Part shown: one piece after another, positions 9,058 to 22,300 of the stretch
Numbering within the stretch: position 1 is the first letter of the stretch
How the letters are laid out: every line of letters begins with the position of its first letter
Source: Spirochaetia bacterium
GTDB lineage: Bacteria > Spirochaetota > Spirochaetia > SZUA-6 > Bin103
DNA length: 64,000 bases
Assembly: GCA_965198005.1 (NCBI GenBank)
Contig: CBDAOI010000004.1
Coordinates: 2,272,001 to 2,336,000 of the forward strand
Direction of reading: 5' to 3'
Made by a program: the position numbers and the translations under genes
The notes under the pieces: generated by a model
What the model was told of the DNA's origin: nothing
The model's input: only the letters and a program-made list of their open reading frames with translations
The model's database searches: none

Positions 9058-10176
9058 TCAGGGGTATCCCCCGAGCAGATTCTTCTTCCAGAGCTGTCCC
9101 GCAGAGAACTCGTCGAGCCATTGCCGATGGTCGGCAGAGTCGAGTTTGCGACACTCGGTGCGTCCGTCAATCAGGTCCAGCACGACAATCGTATCAAGCT
9201 CGAAAGCGTCGACCAGCAGCGGCGACTGCGTTGCGACGATCACCTGCCGATCTACGGCAACCTGCTTGATCATGGCTGCGATAAAGTCGATCGCGGACGG
9301 GTGAAGCCCCAGTTCAGGTTCGTCCAGCAACAGGATGTCGGGGAGCATATCGGCCGGGAGATTCAATAACGTGACCAGAGCAAAGAAGCGCAATGACCCG
9401 TCGGACGTAAGGTGTGCGCCGAACGTCTTGTCCGTACCTTTGGCTTTCCACCTCAGTGAGACCTTTCCGTACCGCTCGCTGATCCGAAAACGGTCGAATA
9501 CCGGCAATACACGACCTATTTGATAACAGATCAGGTCGAATCGCTTTCTATCGTCAAGCTCCAACGCGTGCAGAACGGCGGCCAGGTTGCCGCCATGTCC
9601 ACGGAGTGGGCAGATGTCGTCCGCGTCCCATTTCTGCTTCATGGGTGAGTGATCGGAGGTGTCATGGAATTGATACACTTCAACCCGCAGCATCATTCTC
9701 GCGATCGCCTTGGCCGACTCGCTGGCTTCGTCGCGCGACTGTTTCGCTTCCGGTATCTGCGCTTCCCGATGACCGCTTCCCAGATGATGCCAGTCTCGCT
9801 CAGCGTCGCTCGGGTCTTCGCCAAAGCGATATGCCTCTTCGGCGAACATGAAGCGGTCCGGTTGTGCGTGTTCGAGTGCGAATCGATAGTCCTTACGGCC
9901 TACTATGGTACGGAACGTCAGGGTTGCGTTCAGGCGCGGCGTGATCTTTGCCCCGCCGAACAGTTGATCGTCGGCGCCGCCATGACGTTCGACGAACTCG
10001 GCGAGCCCATGGGCGTGCAGCATCCGACTGATCATCTCGAAGAAGCGGATCAGATTGGACTTTCCCGAGCCGTTCGCTCCGATCAATACGGCGACGTCGG
10101 GAAGATCCTCGATCTCGACATCCGCGAGGGAGCGGAAGCCTCTGATTCGAAGGGATTCGAGCCTCCCCAAGCGCAT
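9058..10176 (-). CDS. ABC-type AAA ATPase (AAA_21/AbiEii-like)
   Basis: Walker A GANGSGKSN, signature SDGSLRF, Walker B LLDEPELGLHP, ATQSP, C-terminal LWKKNLLGG. Confidence 0.9.
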   Translation of the reverse strand: MRLGRLESLRIRGFRSLADVEIEDLPDVAVLIGANGSGKSNLIRFFEMISRMLHAHGLAEFVERHGGADDQLFGGAKITPRLNATLTFRTIVGRKDYRFALEHAQPDRFMFAEEAYRFGEDPSDAERDWHHLGSGHREAQIPEAKQSRDEASESAKAIARMMLRVEVYQFHDTSDHSPMKQKWDADDICPLRGHGGNLAAVLHALELDDRKRFDLICYQIGRVLPVFDRFRISERYGKVSLRWKAKGTDKTFGAHLTSDGSLRFFALVTLLNLPADMLPDILLLDEPELGLHPSAIDFIAAMIKQVAVDRQVIVATQSPLLVDAFELDTIVVLDLIDGRTECRKLDSADHRQWLDEFSAGQLWKKNLLGGYP

Positions 10177-10311
10177 TCAGCATGCTCCCGGCACAAGTAC
10201 GGCTCCGTTCCAGGTTGCAATAGCCATGAGCGCACGATAGCCCGGATCGCGCGGTGCAGTGAACCGCTTGGGGCGGCACTGGCCGCAACGCTGGCGGTGA
10301 CCCGCGGGCGG

Positions 10312-13300
10312 TTACCAGCGCAGGGAGCCGCCCAGGGTGACGCCGTGGCTGGGGGTGGCGCCGTCGGTTTCGCGGCGTTGGCCCTCGAGGCTGAGGCTGA
10401 ACGACGGTGCGACGGTGAAGCGGCTGCCTAGACGGTAGGCGCGGCTGCCCGCGTCCCCCAGCGCCAGGCCGGCGTAGGGAGTGACCAGTGCCGTGCCGCC
10501 GAAGGCGCTCAGGCCGTAGCCCAACTGCGCGTCGAAGCGGTGGGCAGGGGCCGCGGGATCGGCTACCGCCAGGTTCGCCGCGGCGCCCTGCGACCAGAGC
10601 CGTTGCACGCCGCTCGCGTTGCTCCCCAGCACAGAGTTGAGGGCCAGCGACAGGCCGAGCCCCGACGGGTCGGGGTTCAGCAGGAGGGAGCCGCCCGCGC
10701 CCCACTCCCGGGCGTCAAGGTCCTGATGCGCGAGCAGCACGCGCGCGTTGGCCGCCACCGTCAGGCCCCACGCCGGGTAGGCGTAGCGCAGGCGGCCGCC
10801 CAGCTCCGCGCCGAACCCGGTTTCCGCGTCGCCGAAGTCGTAGCGAACGCCGGTCTCCAGGACGGGCGTCAGCACGCCGCCGGGCCCGAAGTCCAGCTGG
10901 TAGGAACCCTCGGCCACCAGCCGCGCGCGATGCGCGTCCGCCTGCGCCGCCGATACGTCGCTCGCGTTGGTGCGCGTCAGAAAGCCGTCCGTCTTCACCG
11001 CCAGACCGAAGCGGTCGGTATCCGGCGCCGCGATCTCGGCGCGCGCGCCCAGTCCGGCCATCATCATCCTGATGTCGGTCGGGTCGCTCCGTTTGCGCTC
11101 CTGCATCGTCAACCCGCCGAGCCCGTAGCCGAGCACGCCCCAGGCCTGCACCTCGTCGGTCACGTGCACCCGCGCGTAGGGATGGGCGCTGATCATCCAG
11201 CTCCCCGCTCGGCCCGTGCGCGCTGCTGCTCCGGTTACGCTGTAGTCGGCTTCGCCGCCGGTGTAGGCCAGCGCCAGGCCGGCCAGCACGCGATCCCAAT
11301 CGTAGTCGACGCCGATGGTCGCGGTGCCGACCTCACCGCCCACGGATACGTCGCCAAGTCGTCGCGGCCCGCCAGTTCCGTCACCGCGCCGCGGCCCCAG
11401 ACCGTCCATGCCTCGCCGGGGGCGGACTCGTCCCCGCCCGCGGCCGCCGCCAGCAGGAACGAGCTGCCGCTCAGCAGGTCCTGGGGATCGAGAGTGCGGT
11501 ACGGGATCACGGCGTATGCCTGCGGCTCCACCCCTACAGCCGGGGTGGGCGCCGGCACCCGCCGACCGGCGACCGTGGCCTGCGAGGTCTGCCCGATCTG
11601 CCCGGTCAGCCGCTCCTCGATCGCGTCGGTGACGTGGGTGGCCACCGTGCGCCCGAAGCGCGCCAGCCACGCCTTCGCCACCGGCGCATCGTCGTCGATG
11701 ATCTTGCCGGTGGCTCGCAGCTTGCTCCCGGCCGCGGCCGATCCGTCCAGCTCGACTGTGAAGGTCTCGGTGTTCTCGGGCAGCGCGTCGTTCACCACCT
11801 CAATCGTGATCACCCCGGTGGTCTGCCCTGCTGGCACGGTCAGGACCCCATCTACTGCGGCTTTGTAGTCCTCCGGCGCCGTGGCCGAGCCTTCCTGGGT
11901 GCGATACGTTACCTCCGCCGGCATCATGCCTGGGCGGACCAAGGTCACCTGGAACTCGATTACGCCGGCGCTCTCACTGACGGTGACGGTCTTGTCCGTG
12001 AATGTGGGTTCGAAGTCGTTGTCCATCATCATCGCGGTGGCGCTTTCGACATCGACGGTATAGTCGGTGCCGCCCATGATCTTGGCCGTCACCGTGCCGT
12101 CGGGTTCGTCGATGTCGTCATCCACCGTCTCGACGATCAGCGTCGCCGTGTCCGAATGCGGCGGGAACTCCAAGTGGACCACTCTCGGCGACTCCCCTTT
12201 GAGGAATTGGCCGATCTCGCTGACTTCCACCTCTACCATGAGCGGTCGGCTTGGATTGTTGCGGCCGCTTACGGTCACGTTGAACCCTACGCTCTCGCCT
12301 TCTACGAAGCCACTACTCCCGTCCCCCGTAACGTTGGCGTTGCCGCCGTTTCCGTTGCCGCGGTCGACGCCGATGCTCACGGAGGGCAGGTCGACGATGG
12401 TGACGGTGAGCGACGGTAGCGTCAGGCCGGCGTAGTCGGCGTCGGCCTGGTGGCTGATGGTGACCTGGGAGTCGGCCCGCGCGTTGGCGTCGGCGGTGAC
12501 CTCGATGGACTGCTGCGTGACCCAGTTGTCTGGCGTGAACGTCAGGGTCTGCGGCGACGTCGATACGTATGCGTTGCTGCGACTCAAGGTGATGGTCACG
12601 TCGCCGGTCGGTTCGGTGTTCAGACGCACCGTGTAGTCGGCGCTGCGGCCCTGCACCACCTCCAGCTCGGTCTCCGACAGCGTCACGCCGGGGACGTCAT
12701 CATCCTCGATCGTCCCCGTGGCGGTGGCGTCGGCCTCGTTCAGCACCACGCCGTCCGGCAGGCTGTCGGCGCTCAGCGTGACCGCGAAGTACTCGGTCGT
12801 CTCCGCTACCGCGTCCTCCAGGGTGGTCACCGTGAGGGTCCGGGTCAGCGGGTCGCCGAGACTGAAGGTCAGCGTGCCCGTTCTCTACCTTGGTGTAGTC
12901 CTCTCCCGCCAGCGCGGTGTCGTCCGCGGTGGCCCAGTCCAGCTCCACGTCCGCCGCCACCGCGCCGGACAGCGTCACGGTGAAGGTCACGTCGTCGCCC
13001 TCGGATGCCGCCGCCCCAGCCGCGACCGCCAGCGTGACCTCATCGGTGTCGTTGATCGTGGTCGTGGCAGGCGTGGCATCCACCTGCACGCCGCCGGCGG
13101 TGGTGGTCCCGGTGTCGAGCGTCACCGCCAGGGTCTCGCCCGGATCCAGCACGTCGTCGTCGGCTTTGGTCGCAACCGTGATCGATCCGCTCGCAACTCC
13201 CGCGCTGATCGTGAGCTCGCCGCTCGGGGCCGTATAGTCGGTGCCCGCGGTCGCCGTACCGCCGACCGTATAGCCCAGCACTACGGCTGCCGTGGTCGTG

Positions 13301-16300
13301 CCGCCGGTCAGGGTCACCGTGAAAGTCGCGGGGTCGCCCTCCGCTACCGTCGGGGCGTCGGCCTCGACCGCAGCCAGCACGTCGTCGTCCGTGATCGTGA
13401 GCGTCTGTGCGTCCGGCGCCGCCACCTCGACGTCGTCGCTGGGCGTGCCGGTCACCGTTACGCTCTTGTCGGCCTCGTCGACGGTATTGTCCACCGCCGT
13501 GATGGTCACCGCGCCGGTGCTCTGCGTGGCGTTCGCGGCGAAGGTCAGCGTCGCGTTCTCGCTGAGCGTGAAGTCTCCCGCCTGCGCCGGGGTCACCGCC
13601 GCCGCCGCCACCGTTACCTCGAACGGCAGCACCGACGCCGGCTCCACCGTCGCCGTTACCGTGCTCTCGCCGTTTTCGGCGATCTCGTCCGGAGTCAGCA
13701 CCAGCGTCACGACCGGGACGTCGGGAGTGGCGCCGAGGCCGGACCGGGACCAGCCGCTGGAGCCCTCGGCGTTGTTCGCCTGCACCTGCACCTCGTACGC
13801 GGTGTCGGTGTTCAGACTCATGATGACTACCTCGGTCGCCGCGAGATCGTCGTCGAGCGTCACCTCAGTCCAGGTGCCGGAGGGAGGCACCTGCAGCTTG
13901 CGGTAGCGGTAGTCGTAGTCGGTGACGTCCGGCCGCCCGTCGTTCGCCGGAGCGTCCCAGGTTGCGCGCAGGCGGGTCGGTGAGGCCGCGGCGACGGTGG
14001 GCGCGTCCGGCTTGGCAGGCGGCTCGTCCGCGTTCTCTACGGTTATCGTGATGGTCTGCTTCGCGGTCTTCTCGCGCTCGTCGGTGCCGCTGATCGCCAT
14101 CACCACGACCACGTACTGGTTGTTGCGCGCGGCATTGGGCGGAATGCTGCTGAGCTCGTCCAGCGGCGCCTCGAAGTTCGGCGCGGCGTTGAAGGTCAGC
14201 ACGCCGGAATTCGCAATCGAGAAATGCTTCATGTCGACGCCGCCGGCGATCGCGTAGCCCTGGATGGGATCGGCCGGCTGGTTGCTGTCGGTGAGGTCGT
14301 CGTCGACCGCGACCACTTGGCCGGCCGTGGTGCCGTTCTCCACGATTTCGAACGCGGCCGCACTGGTGAACCGCGGCGCCGCGTTGGGGCCGGTCTCGCC
14401 AATGCCCGGCTCCGACCAATCCCCGTCGCCTTCATCGTTGTTGGCGCGCACCTGCACTTCGTACTCGGTATTCTCCTGCAGATTGGTGATGGTCACCTCG
14501 GTCTGCGTGTTCAGGTGGTCGGTGAACGTCGCCCACGCGCCCCGTGGCGTCTTGACCCGGTACTGGTAGTCGTAGTCGGTGATCTCCGGCCCGGCGTTCG
14601 CCGGCGCCACCCAGTGCACCCGTACGCTGGTGAGCGACACCGTTTCCACCTCCGGCGCCGCCGGCGTGCCGGGCTGCTCCTCGTCGTCGTCGGTCACCGT
14701 CACCGTGAGCGTCTGCTCGGCCCGCTTCAGCCGCTCGCCCGTGCCGCTGCTCACCTCCACCACCACCAGGTACTCGTTGTTGCCCGCAGCATTCGCCGGA
14801 TCAGTGCTCTCAACGTCCTGCGCGTCCTCGAAGTTCGGCGCCGCCTGGAACGTCAGCGCGCCCGTGCCCGCGTCGATCCCGAACCGCAACCGGTCCGCTC
14901 CGCCGGTCACCGCGTAGCTCTCGATGCTGTCGTCGTCGTCGCTCGCCGTCCACCGTCACCACCGCAGTCGTGTTCTCCGCCACCTCGACCGCCGCCACGC
15001 TGGTGATCGCCGGCGCCGCGTTCGCGCTGGTCTCGCCATCCCCCGAATCCGACCACGCGCCGGTGCCCTCGTCGCTCTCCGCCCGTACCTGCACCTCGTA
15101 CTCGGTGTCTTCCGCCAAATCCGGGATCGTCACCTCGGTCGCCGTGGACGTCGCGTCGTCCACCACCGTCCAGTCGCCCGACCGCGGGTCCTTCAACTCA
15201 CGGTACTGGTAGTCGTAGTCCTCGATCACCGGCCCCGCGTTGTCCGGCGCGCTCCACACCACCTTCAGCTTGCTCACCGACACCGTCGTCACCGTCGGCG
15301 CCGCCGGCGTGCCCGGCTGCTCCTCGTCGTCGTCGGTGACCGTCACCGTGAGCGTCTGCTCGGCCCGCTTCAGCCGCTCGCCCCTGCCGCTGCTCACCTC
15401 CACCACCACCAGGTACTCGTTGTTGCCCGCAGCATTCGCCGGATCAGTGCTCTCAACGTCCTGCGCGTCCTCGAAGTTCGGCGCCGCCTTGAACGTCAAA
15501 GCTCCCGTGCCCGCGTCGATCCCGAACCGCAACCGGTCCGCTCCGCCGGTCACCGCGTAGCTCTCGAGGCTGTCGTCCGTGTCCTCCGCCTCCACCGTCA
15601 GCACCGCAGTCGTGTTCTCCGCCACCTCGACCGCCGCCACGCTGGTGATCGCCGGCGCCGCGTTCGCGCTGGTCTCGCCATCCCCCGAATCCGACCACGC
15701 GCCGGTGCCCTCGTCACTCTCCGCTCGTACCTGCACCTCGTACTCGGTGTCTTCCGCCAAATCCGCGATCGTCACCTCGGTCGCCGTGGACGTCGCGTCG
15801 TCCACCACCGTCCAGTCGCCCGACCGCGGGTCCTTCAACTCCCGGTACTGGTAGTCGTAGTCCTCGATCACCGGCCCCGCGTTGTCCGGCGCGCTCCACA
15901 CCACCTTCAGCTTGCTCACCGACACCGTCGTCACCGTCGGCGCCGCCGGCGTGCCGGGCTGCTCCGTATCGTCGTCGGTGACCGTCACCGTGAGCGTCTG
16001 CTCGGCCCGCTTCAGCCGCTCGCCCGTGCCGCTGCTCACCTCCACCACCACCAGGTACTCGTTGTTGCCCGCAGCATTCGCCGGATCAGTGCTCTCAACG
16101 TCCTGCGCGTCCTCGAAGTTCGGCGCCGCCTTGAACGTCAGCGCGCCCGTGCCCGCGTCGATCCCGAACCGCAACCGGTCCGCTCCGCCGCTCACCGCGT
16201 AGCTCTCGAGGCTGTCGTCGTCGTCGCTCGCCGTCACCGTCAGCACCGCAGTCGTGTTCTCCGCCACCTCGACCGCCGCCACGCTGGTGATCGCCGGCGC

Positions 16301-19300
16301 CGCGTTCGCGCTGGTCTCGCCATCCCCCGAATCCGACCACGCGCCGCTGCCCTCGTCACTCTCCGCTCGTACCTGCACCTCGTACTCGGCGTCTTCCGCC
16401 AAATCCGCGATCGTCACCTCGGTCGCCGTCGACGTCGCGTCGTCCACCACCGTCCAGTCGCCCGACCGCGGGTCCTTCAACTCCCGGTACTGGTAGTCGT
16501 AGTCCTCGATCACCGGCCCCGCGTTGTCCGGCGCGCTCCACACCACCTTCAGCTTGCTCACCGACACCGTCGTCACCGTCGGCGCCGCCGGCGTGCCGGG
16601 CTGCTCCGTATCGTCGTCGGTGACCGTCACCGTGAGCGTCTGCTCGGCCCGCTTCAGCCGCTCGCCCGTGCCGCTGCTCACCTCCACCACCACCAGGTAC
16701 TCGTTGTTCCCAGCAGCATTCGCCGGATCAGCGCTCAACTCGTCCTGCGCGTCCTCGAAGTTCGGCGCCGCCTTGAACGTCAGCGCGCCCGTGCCCGCGT
16801 CGATCCCGAACCGCAACCGGTCCGCTCCGCCGCTCACCGCGTAGCTCTCGAGGCTGTCGTCGTCGTCGCTCGCCGTCACCGTCAGCACCGCAGTCGTGTT
16901 CTCCGCCACCTCGACCGCCGCCACGCTGGTGATCGCCGGCGCCGCGTTCGCGCTGGTCTCGCCATCCCCCGAATCCGACCACGCGCCGGTGCCCTCGTCA
17001 CTCTCCGCTCGTACCTGCACCTCGTACTCGGTGTCTTCCGCCAAATCCGCGATCGTCACCTCGGTCGCCGTCGACGTCGCGTCGTCCACCACCGTCCAGT
17101 CGCCCGACCGCGGGTCCTTCAACTCCCGGTACTGGTAGTCGTAGTCCTCGATCACCGGCCCCGCGTTGTCCGGCGCGCTCCACACCACCTTCAGCTTGCT
17201 CACCGACACCGTCGTCACCGTCGGCGCCGCCGGCGTGCCCGGCTGCTCCGTATCGTCGTCGGTGACCGTCACCGTGAGCGTCTGCTCGGCCCGCTTCAGC
17301 CGCTCGCCCGTGCCGCTGCTCACCTCCACCACCACCAGGTACTCGTTGTTGCCCAGCAGCATTCACCGGATCAGTGCTCTCAACGTCCTGCGCGTCCTCG
17401 AAGTTCGGCGCCGCCTTGAACGTCAGCGCGCCCGTGCCCGCGTCGATCCCGAACCGCAACCGGTCCGCTCCGCCGCTCACCGCGTAGCTCTCGAGGCTGT
17501 CGTCGTCGTCGCTCGCCGTCACCGTCAGCACCGCAGTCGTGTTCTCCGCCACCTCGACCGCCGCCACGCTGGTGATCGCCGGCGCCGCGTTCGCGCTGGT
17601 CTCGCCATCCCCCGAATCCGACCACGCGCCGGTGCCCTCGTCACTCTCCGCTCGTACCTGCACCTCGTACTCGGTGTCTTCCGCCAAATCCGGGATCGTC
17701 ACCTCGGTCGCCGTGGACGTCGCATCGTCCACCACCGTCCAGTCGCCCGACCGCGGGTCCTTCAACTCCCGGTACTGGTAGTCGTAGTCCTCGATCACCG
17801 GCCCCGCGTTGTCCGGCGCGCTCCACACCACCTTCAGCTTGCTCACCGACACCGTCGTCACCGTCGGCGCCGCCGGCGTGCCCGGCTGCTCCTCGTCGTC
17901 GTCGGTGACCGTCACCGTGAGCGTCTGCTCGGCCCGCTTCAGCCGCTCGCCCCTGCCGCTGCTCACCTCCACCACCACCAGGTACTCGTTGTTGCCCGCA
18001 GCATTCACCGGATCAGTGCTCTCAACGTCCTGCGCGTCCTCGAAGTTCGGCGCCGCCTTGAAGGTCAGCGCCCCCGTGCCCGCGTCGATCCCGAACCGCA
18101 ACCGTCCGCTCCGCCGGTCACCGCGTAGCTCTCGATGCTGTCGTCGTCGTCGCTCGCCGTCACCGTCACCACCGCAGTCGTGTTCTCCGCCACCTCGACC
18201 GCCGCCACGCTGGTGATCGCCGGCGCCGCGTTCGCGCTGGTCTCGCCATCCCCCGAATCCGACCACGCGCCGGTGCCCTCGTCGCTCTCCGCCCGTACCT
18301 GCACCTCGTACTCGGTGTCTTCCGCCAAATCCGGGATCGTCACCTCGGTCGCCGTGGACGTCGCATCGTCCACCACCGTCCAGTCGCCCGACCGCGGGTC
18401 CTTCAACTCACGGTACTGGTAGTCGTAGTCCTCGATCACCGGCCCCGCGTTCTCCGGCGCGCTCCACACCACCTTCAGCTTGCTCACCGACACCGTCGTC
18501 ACCGTCGGCGCCGCCGGCGTGCCCGGCTGCTCCTCGTCGTCGTCGGTGACCGTCACCGTGAGCGTCTGCTCGGCCCGCTTCAGCCGCTCGCCCCTGCCGC
18601 TGCTCACCTCCACCACCACCAGGTACTCGTTGTTGCCCGCAGCATTCACCGGATCACTGCTCTCAACGTCCTGCGCGTCCTCGAAGTTCGGCGCCGCCTT
18701 GAACGTCAGCGCCCCCGTGCCCGCGTCGATCCCGAACCGCAACCGGTCCGCTCCGCCGGTCACCGCGTAGCTCTCGAGGCTGTCGTCGTCGTCGCTCGCC
18801 GTCACCGTCAGCACCGCAGTCGTGTTCTCCGCCACCTCGACCGCCGCCACGCTGGTGATCGCCGGCGCCGCGTTCGCGCTGGTCTCGCCATCCCCCGAAT
18901 CCGACCACGCGCCGGTGCCCTCGTCGCTCTCCGCTCGTACCTGCACCTCGTACTCGGTGTCTTCCGCCAAATCCGCGATCGTCACCTCGGTCGCCGTGGA
19001 CGTCGCGTCGTCCACCACCGTCCAGTCGCCCGACCGCGGGTCCTTCAACTCCCGGTACTGGTAGTCGTAGTCCTCGATCACCGGCCCCGCGTTGTCCGGC
19101 GCGCTCCACACCACCTTCAGCTTGCTCACCGACACCGTCGTCACCGTCGGCGCCGCCGGCGTGCCGGGCTGCTCCTCGTCGTCGTCGGTCACCGTCACCG
19201 TGAGCGTCTGCTCGGCCCGCTTCAGCCGCTCGCCCCTGCCGCTGCTCACCTCCACCACCACCAGGTACTCGTTGTTGCCCGCAGCATTCACTCGTTGTTG

Positions 19301-22300
19301 CCCCGGATCAGTGCTCTCAACGTCCTGCGCGTCCTCGAAGTTCGGCGCCGCCTGGAACGTCAAAGCGCCCGTGCCCGCGTCGATCCCGAACCGCAACCGG
19401 TCCGCTCCGCCGCTCACCGCGTAGCTCTCGAGGCTGTCGTCGTCGTCGCTCGCCGTCACCGTCAGCACCGCGGTCGTGTTCTCCGCCACCTCGACCGCCG
19501 CCACGCTGGTGATCGCCGGCGCCGCGTTCGCGCTGGTCTCGCCATCCCCCGAATCCGACCACGCGCCGGTGCCCTCGTCGCTCTCCGCCCGTACCTGCAC
19601 CTCGTATTCGGTGTCTTCCGCCAAATCCGGGATCGTCACCTCGGTCGCCGTGGACGTCGCGTCGTCCACCACCGTCCAGTCGCCCGACCGCGGGTCCTTC
19701 AACTCACGGTACTGGTAGTCGTAGTCCTCGATCGCCGGCCCCGCGTTGTCCGGCGCGCTCCACACCACCTTCAGCTTGCTCACCGACACCGTCGTCACCG
19801 TCGGCGCCGCCGGCGTGCCCGGCTGCTCCTCGTCGTCGTCGGTCACCGTCACCGTGAGCGTCTGCTCGGCTCGCTTCAGCCGCTCGCCCCTGCCGCTGCT
19901 CACCTCCACCACCACCAGGTACTCGTTGTTGCCCGCAGCATTCACCGGATCACTGCTCTCAACGTCCTGCGCGTCCTCGAAGTTCGGCGCCGCCTGGAAC
20001 GTCAAAGCTCCCGTGCCCGCGTCGATCCCGAACCGCAACCGGTCCGCTCCGCCGGTCACCGCATAGCTCTCGATGCTGTCGTCCGTGTCCTCCGCCTCCA
20101 CCGTCAGCACCGCAGTCGTGTTCTCCGCCACCTCGACCGCCGCCACGCTGGTGATCGCCGGCGCCGCGTTCGCGCTGGTCTCGCCATCCCCCGAATCCGA
20201 CCACGCGCCGCTGCCCTCGTCACTCTCCGCTCGTACCTGCACCTCGTATTCGGTGTCTTCCGCCAAATCCGCGATCGTCACCTCGGTCGCCGTCGACGTC
20301 GCGTCGTCCACCACCGTCCAGTCGCCCGACCGCGGGTCCTTCAACTCCCGGTACTGATAGTCGTAGTCCTCGATCACCGGCCCCGCGTTGTCCGGCGCGC
20401 TCCATACCACCTTCAGCTTGCTCACCGACTCCGTCGTCACCGTCGGCGCTGCCGGCGTGCCGGGCTGCTCCCCGCCAACGTCCGTCACCGTCACCGTGAG
20501 CGCCTGCTCGGCTCGCTTCAGCCGCTCGCCCGTGCCGCTGGTCACCTCCACCACCACCAGGTACTCGTTGTTCCCAGCAGCGTTCGCCGGGTCCGTGCTC
20601 TCAACGTCCTGCGCGTCCTCGAAGTTCGGCGCCGCCTTGAAGGTCAGCGCGCCCGTGCCCGCGTCGATCCCGAACCGCAGCTCGTCCGCTCCGCCGGTCA
20701 CCGCGTAGCTCTCGATGCTGTCGTCCGCGTCCTCCGCCTCCACCGTCACCACCGCAGTCGTGTTCTCCGCCACCTCGACCGCCGCCACGCTGGTGATCGC
20801 CGGCACCGCGTTCGCGCTGGTCTCGCCATCCCCCGAATCCGACCACGCGCCGCTGCCCTCGTCGCTCTCCGCACGTACCTGCACCTCGTACTCGGTGTCT
20901 TCCGCCAAATCCGCGATCGTCACCTCGGTCGCCGTGGACGTCGCGTCGTCCACCACCGTCCAGTCGCCCGACCGCGGGTCCTTCAACTCCCGGTACTGGT
21001 AGTCGTAGTCCTCGATCACCGGCCCCGCGTTGTCCGGCGCGCTCCACACCACCTTCAGCTTGCTCACCGTCACCGTCGTCACCGTCGGCGCTGCCGGCGT
21101 GCCGGGCTGCTCCGTATCGTCGTCGGTGACCGTCACCGTGAGCGTCTGCTCGGCCCGCTTCAGCCGCTCGCCCGTGCCGCTGCTCACCTCCACCACCACC
21201 AGGTACTCGTTGTTGCCAGCAGCGTTCGCCGGATCACTGCTCTCAACGTCCTGCGCGTCCTCGAAGTTCGGCGCCGCCTTGAACGTCAGCGCGCCCGTGC
21301 CCGCGTCGATCCCGAATCGCAACCGGTCCGCTCCGCCGCTCACCGCGTAGCTCTCGAGGCTGTCTTGGGCGTTGTCGTCGGTGGCGGCGACGGTCAGCAC
21401 CGCGGTCGTGTTCTCCGCCACTTGCGGATCGTTGGCGGTGGTAAACCTCGGGGCGGTGTTCACCGCCGGGGTCGCGCTGTCCTCGGCGGCCGCTCCCGGT
21501 CCGGCGTCACTTACGGCCCGCAATGTGAACGTGTACTCGGTGCCGTTGGTCAGATTGGATACCGTGACCGTGGTGGCGGATTCCTCACCGGGAACGGCGG
21601 TCCAGGTCGCGGGATAGTCGTCGGTACCACTCTTGGAACGGTATTCGTAACCGGTAACCGGGTGAGTGCCGGTGGTCGGGGCCGTCCAGGTGAGCGTCAC
21701 CTTGGTGTCGCCAGCCACCGCAGTCAAGCCCGGGGCACCCGGCACTTCGTCGTTGTCGGTGATCGTGATGGTCTGCTGCGTGCCCACGTCGCTGCCGTCG
21801 TGGGTCGCCGTGACCAGGATCGTCTCATCGTCGTCATCGTCGTCATCGTTCACGGGGCTCACCGTCGCGGTTACCGAGTGTTCACTCAAGCCAAGGGTCA
21901 GCGACTCCAGCGATACGGTATAGTCGGTCCCCTTCACCGCGGTGCCGTCGAAGGAAAGGGTGATGGTCTGATCGTCGGCGAAGGTGGTCGTGCCGGTGCT
22001 AACGGTGATCATGGCCGCGGCGGTGGTGTCGGCCTCGGCGATCGTGGCCGGGCTGACGGTCAGGCTGAGCTGCGGCGCCGCGTCGTCGTCGGTGATCCTC
22101 AGCGTGGCGCCGGAAGCACGCAAGGACGCTCCAACGACTTCGCCCGCTACCGTCACCGTCTTGTGGGGCGCGTCCACATCGTTGTCGTTCGCGGTGATGG
22201 TCACGGCGCCGCTGCTCTCGGTGGCGTTGGCGACGAAGGTCAGCACCGGGTTCGCGCCCAGCGTGAAGTCGCCGTCCACTGCCGGAGCGTCCGGCGCGGC

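Noticed and set aside
14650..21420. Repeat array as CRISPR, DGR template/variable repeats or satellite
   Set aside because: Units are 642-bp in-frame protein modules without spacers. Differences are not adenine-specific, and there is no cas or reverse transcriptase gene in the window.
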